25,800 nucleotides of DNA from a virus (taxonomy: Duplodnaviria > Caudoviricetes). Positions 23,349-25,800 of this stretch are shown here, one piece after another (the first letter of the stretch is position 1; each line of letters starts with the position of its first letter). Made by a program: the position numbers and the translations under genes. Where the stretch lies: the IMG/VR virus record IMGVR_UViG_3300030493_000059, positions 1-25,800 of that record. One strand, given 5' to 3'. Below the pieces are notes generated by a model that was not told where the DNA came from, made no database searches, and saw nothing but the letters and a program-made list of their open reading frames with translations.

Positions 23349-23984
23349 TTACCCTAGCTCCGCCATTTTTCTGAGCATTTTTGTTTTGAAGTAGTATGGT
23401 ATTTCTACCTTCTTTTCCTCGTAGACAGGGCCAACAAGGGGACGGGCGGGCATTTTCAACTTTGAAAGTGAGCCTATACCCCCCACGCCTATACCGTAGA
23501 GCATCCGTCTCATTCTATCTGAGATCGTCACTTCTCTTCCCGTCGCTACCCGAGTCATCATATCCCATAAAGACTGTTTCAAAAATCCGATCCGTACCGA
23601 AGCGTTAGGCTCGTTTACTTCAGACCGAATAGCGTTTATGAGTCGAGAAAGCGGTTCTCTATCAGGTGCTTGATTTGGCTTTTCGTAAACCAATTCCCCG
23701 TTTACTCTTGTCCTACCACCGTACCTAATTCGTTGCCTACCGTACGTGTTTCTTATTTTCTTCTTACCACCACCAGCTTTGTTGATCGTGGTAGTGTAAG
23801 GGTTTAATGACGGCCAACGGAGATAACCTCCTTTGGTCGCCATTTTACCCTGAGTCTTCATTTCGTTGCGTAGCCACTTTCCGGTAGAACCGAGAGCATA
23901 AGATACGGCACGATTAGTTGATTTTGACCTAACTTCGAGGAACCTCGATGCCTCGTTTCTAACCGATACTTTAAGTGGCAACAT
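23349..23984 (-). CDS. Basic neck / tail-completion protein (gpZ / virion morphogenesis-like)
   Basis: Very basic, with WPSLNPYT and MPARPLVGP motifs typical of this family. Confidence 0.65.
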   Translation of the reverse strand: MLPLKVSVRNEASRFLEVRSKSTNRAVSYALGSTGKWLRNEMKTQGKMATKGGYLRWPSLNPYTTTINKAGGGKKKIRNTYGRQRIRYGGRTRVNGELVYEKPNQAPDREPLSRLINAIRSEVNEPNASVRIGFLKQSLWDMMTRVATGREVTISDRMRRMLYGIGVGGIGSLSKLKMPARPLVGPVYEEKKVEIPYYFKTKMLRKMAELG

Positions 23985-23988
23985 GTTT

Positions 23989-24363
23989 TTACTTTCTCAG
24001 CTTTCGAGCTTCCAGTCTTGTAGCAGGCAGTGTCCAAACTCCCGAGCTTTTTGCCAGAATGACCATCTGCCCGGCTACGACTGCGCGTTTTCTAATCCGC
24101 CAGGTTACGCTATCAACCAGGATTGTATCATCCTGTTTCGGATCGGCGGAGAACTCCGTTTGTGGAACGGTGAAATACGTCGTATCACCTTTAAAGCCCC
24201 CCTCCATTTCATCGCCTACGGCTCTTGGCCCTTGGACTACAGAAACGGTAAAAGGAACCGGCGTACCAGTGGTGTATGGCGTATAGGTTACGTCCCGACC
24301 AACGTCCGTGAAGATATCGGCCACTGTTGAGTTAATATCGGCTTCAAATTCTGTCCAGCTCAT
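23989..24363 (-). CDS. Head-tail joining / head closure protein (gpFII-like)
   Basis: GRDVTYTP...DPKQDDTILVDSVTWRI pattern; located after the head genes. Confidence 0.75.
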   Translation of the reverse strand: MSWTEFEADINSTVADIFTDVGRDVTYTPYTTGTPVPFTVSVVQGPRAVGDEMEGGFKGDTTYFTVPQTEFSADPKQDDTILVDSVTWRIRKRAVVAGQMVILAKSSGVWTLPATRLEARKLRK

Positions 24364-24365
24364 GA

Positions 24366-25544
24366 TTATGCATCCAAAGTGACTCGCAAGAAGTCTGTAC
24401 CATTGCCGCGCACAATTGCCGTTTTTGTAGATGCAATCGTTACACCTGTTTGACCGGATGCTTTGAACGTGAGAGCTTGACCCGTAGTATTGTAGACCGT
24501 GTAGAACCTACCCGACGTTGGCGTGGCAAGTGCGTTCACCGCGCCGGAAGCATTTGTTGCAGAGATAACACCCTTTTTCAACTCTGCCGCGCTAAGTGTC
24601 CAATCAACAACACCAGCAGCGTAATCATGCGTCGCTTCCGTTTCAACGATATTAGCTTCCGTGATAACCGGCGCAGCCAGAGCGATGTTTGCTTCGAGCT
24701 TCGCGCTGGTCACATTAGCATCCAGAATCTTCGCAGTCGTAACGGCGTCAGTAGCTAGTTCTGCCGCCGTAACCGCCAGAGCATTTATCTTCGCTGTGGT
24801 AACAGCGTCTGTGGCAAGCTTATCGGCTGTTACGTTGGCATCTGCTATCTTCGCAGTAGTAACATTAGCATCCAGAATCTTTACAGTTGTGACTGCATCA
24901 GCGGCTAACTCTGCCGCTGTGACCGCCAAAGCTGCTATCTTTGCCGTAGTAACCGCCAAAGCCCCGATTTCGTCCGCAGTGACAGCACCGGTGTTTATCT
25001 TCGCGGTAGTAACAGCATCCGTGCCGAGTTCAGTTGCGGTAACCGCACCGGCAGCTATTTTCGCGGTAGTAACCGCCAAAGCCGCAAGCTCGGTAGTCCC
25101 AACTTCACCGGCAGCTATCTTCGCAGCCGTCACCGCATCGTTAGCAAGCATCGTCGTATCAATGATACCGGCAGTGAGCATATCGTTCACACCTGGACCA
25201 GGATACGGCACTCTGAGAACCTTGATAGTGTCAGTGAGGCTGCTACCAACAGTTTCAAGTGCGTAACCGAAAAACTTACCGGATGCTTTTTTGTTAATCT
25301 TGGGAGTATCCCCAGTGGTATAGAAGAGCTGGTCGCCGATAGCAACCGCGCTGTTACCCACCGCGTCGATACCCTTTACGGAAAGGTCGAAAACACCTCT
25401 GGTACAAATCGTGCCGGTCTCCCCGGCAGCAATCGTTACAGTGGCCACCCCGCCGATACTTCCTACCATGATCGGGTTACCAACAGTAACCCCGCCACTG
25501 ATAAGAAGGTCGATAAACTGATCGTCTTGAATATAGTTGTTCAT
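24366..25544 (-). CDS. DUF2190 capsid cement protein fused to a decapeptide-repeat head fibre
   Basis: MNNYIQD...GVTVGNPIMVGSIGGVA..IAAGETG..RGVFDL is the DUF2190 signature, directly after the MCP. It is followed by AVTTAKIAxx repeats and a C-terminal beta domain. Confidence 0.85.
   Translation of the reverse strand: MNNYIQDDQFIDLLISGGVTVGNPIMVGSIGGVATVTIAAGETGTICTRGVFDLSVKGIDAVGNSAVAIGDQLFYTTGDTPKINKKASGKFFGYALETVGSSLTDTIKVLRVPYPGPGVNDMLTAGIIDTTMLANDAVTAAKIAAGEVGTTELAALAVTTAKIAAGAVTATELGTDAVTTAKINTGAVTADEIGALAVTTAKIAALAVTAAELAADAVTTVKILDANVTTAKIADANVTADKLATDAVTTAKINALAVTAAELATDAVTTAKILDANVTSAKLEANIALAAPVITEANIVETEATHDYAAGVVDWTLSAAELKKGVISATNASGAVNALATPTSGRFYTVYNTTGQALTFKASGQTGVTIASTKTAIVRGNGTDFLRVTLDA
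24687..25166 (-). repeat. About 16 x 30-bp (10-aa) degenerate coding repeats
   Basis: Units such as AVTAAKIAAG, EVGTTELAAL, AVTTAKIAAG, AVTATELGTD ... NVTSAKLEAN. Confidence 0.9.
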
Positions 25545-25574
25545 CGTATCTTTTCCTCTCTATGTTTTTAGATC

Positions 25575-25597
25575 GTGTGGCACGTTCTGTGCCACAC
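25575..25597. promoter_or_regulatory. Perfect 9-bp inverted repeat between the MCP and cement genes
   Basis: GTGTGGCAC-GTTCT-GTGCCACAC; no U-tract on the coding strand. Confidence 0.6.
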
Positions 25598-25604
25598 TAA
25601 GACC

Positions 25605-25800
25605 TTATACACCCGCATTCCGAAGTAGTGCTTTCCAATCGACTGCTTTTGCACCGGCGTCAATTCTGACCTTATATTCTACGCCGTCCACTTCCCAACC
25701 CTGTTTTGTCTCAAGGTAGGGGCTCTGAACGCCATTCAGGAAGAAAACCTTTACCGTCTTACCCTTAGCACCGGCCAAATACCAGATAACAGCGGAGCTA
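25605..25800 (-). CDS. Major capsid protein C-terminus (Mu gpT-like / protease-capsid fusion type), 5' truncated
   Basis: Translates as ...WYLAGAKGKTVKVFFLNGVQSPYLETKQGWEVDGVEYKVRIDAGAKAVDWKALLRNAGV*, the characteristic C-terminus of this capsid family. Confidence 0.88.
   Translation of the reverse strand, partial: SSAVIWYLAGAKGKTVKVFFLNGVQSPYLETKQGWEVDGVEYKVRIDAGAKAVDWKALLRNAGV

Noticed and set aside
24661-25266. 201-aa + strand repetitive ORF
   Set aside because: Antisense mirror of the head-fibre decapeptide repeats.
1-25800. Stop-codon reassignment, tRNA genes, integrase/att sites, IS elements, introns or inteins
   Set aside because: Genes are intact and densely packed under the standard code, using all three stops. 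No such elements were recognised by eye, though small ncRNAs cannot be excluded without covariance-model searches.

Overview
A 25.8 kb segment of a tailed dsDNA phage or prophage (siphovirus-like), standard genetic code, with two convergent, tightly packed operons meeting at about 10.95 kb. The + strand arm (1-10935) holds an APSE-like replication module: SNF2 helicase C-terminus, DUF2800 Cas4-like nuclease, Hc1-like small basic protein, ThyX, DUF2815 SSB and a family A DNA polymerase. A terminator, a sigma70 promoter and a cassette of small, partly paralogous ORFs split that module. Zn-finger proteins, an HNH-like protein with an 87-bp tandem duplication, a phage sigma factor that appears RpoH (sigma32)-derived, and an RHH regulator follow. 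The - strand arm (10971->25800) is the morphogenesis operon: major capsid C-terminus, DUF2190 cement/head fibre, neck genes, three membrane/lipoprotein genes, tail tube, -1 frameshifted tail chaperones, tape measure, Dit, tail tip and fibre genes. The most notable items are the RpoH-like sigma factor with a remodelled -35 helix, two fibre proteins that both start with a DUF2190-like capsid-cement domain, and the promoter-driven paralog cassette. All family calls come from motif recognition by eye; no database searches were run.
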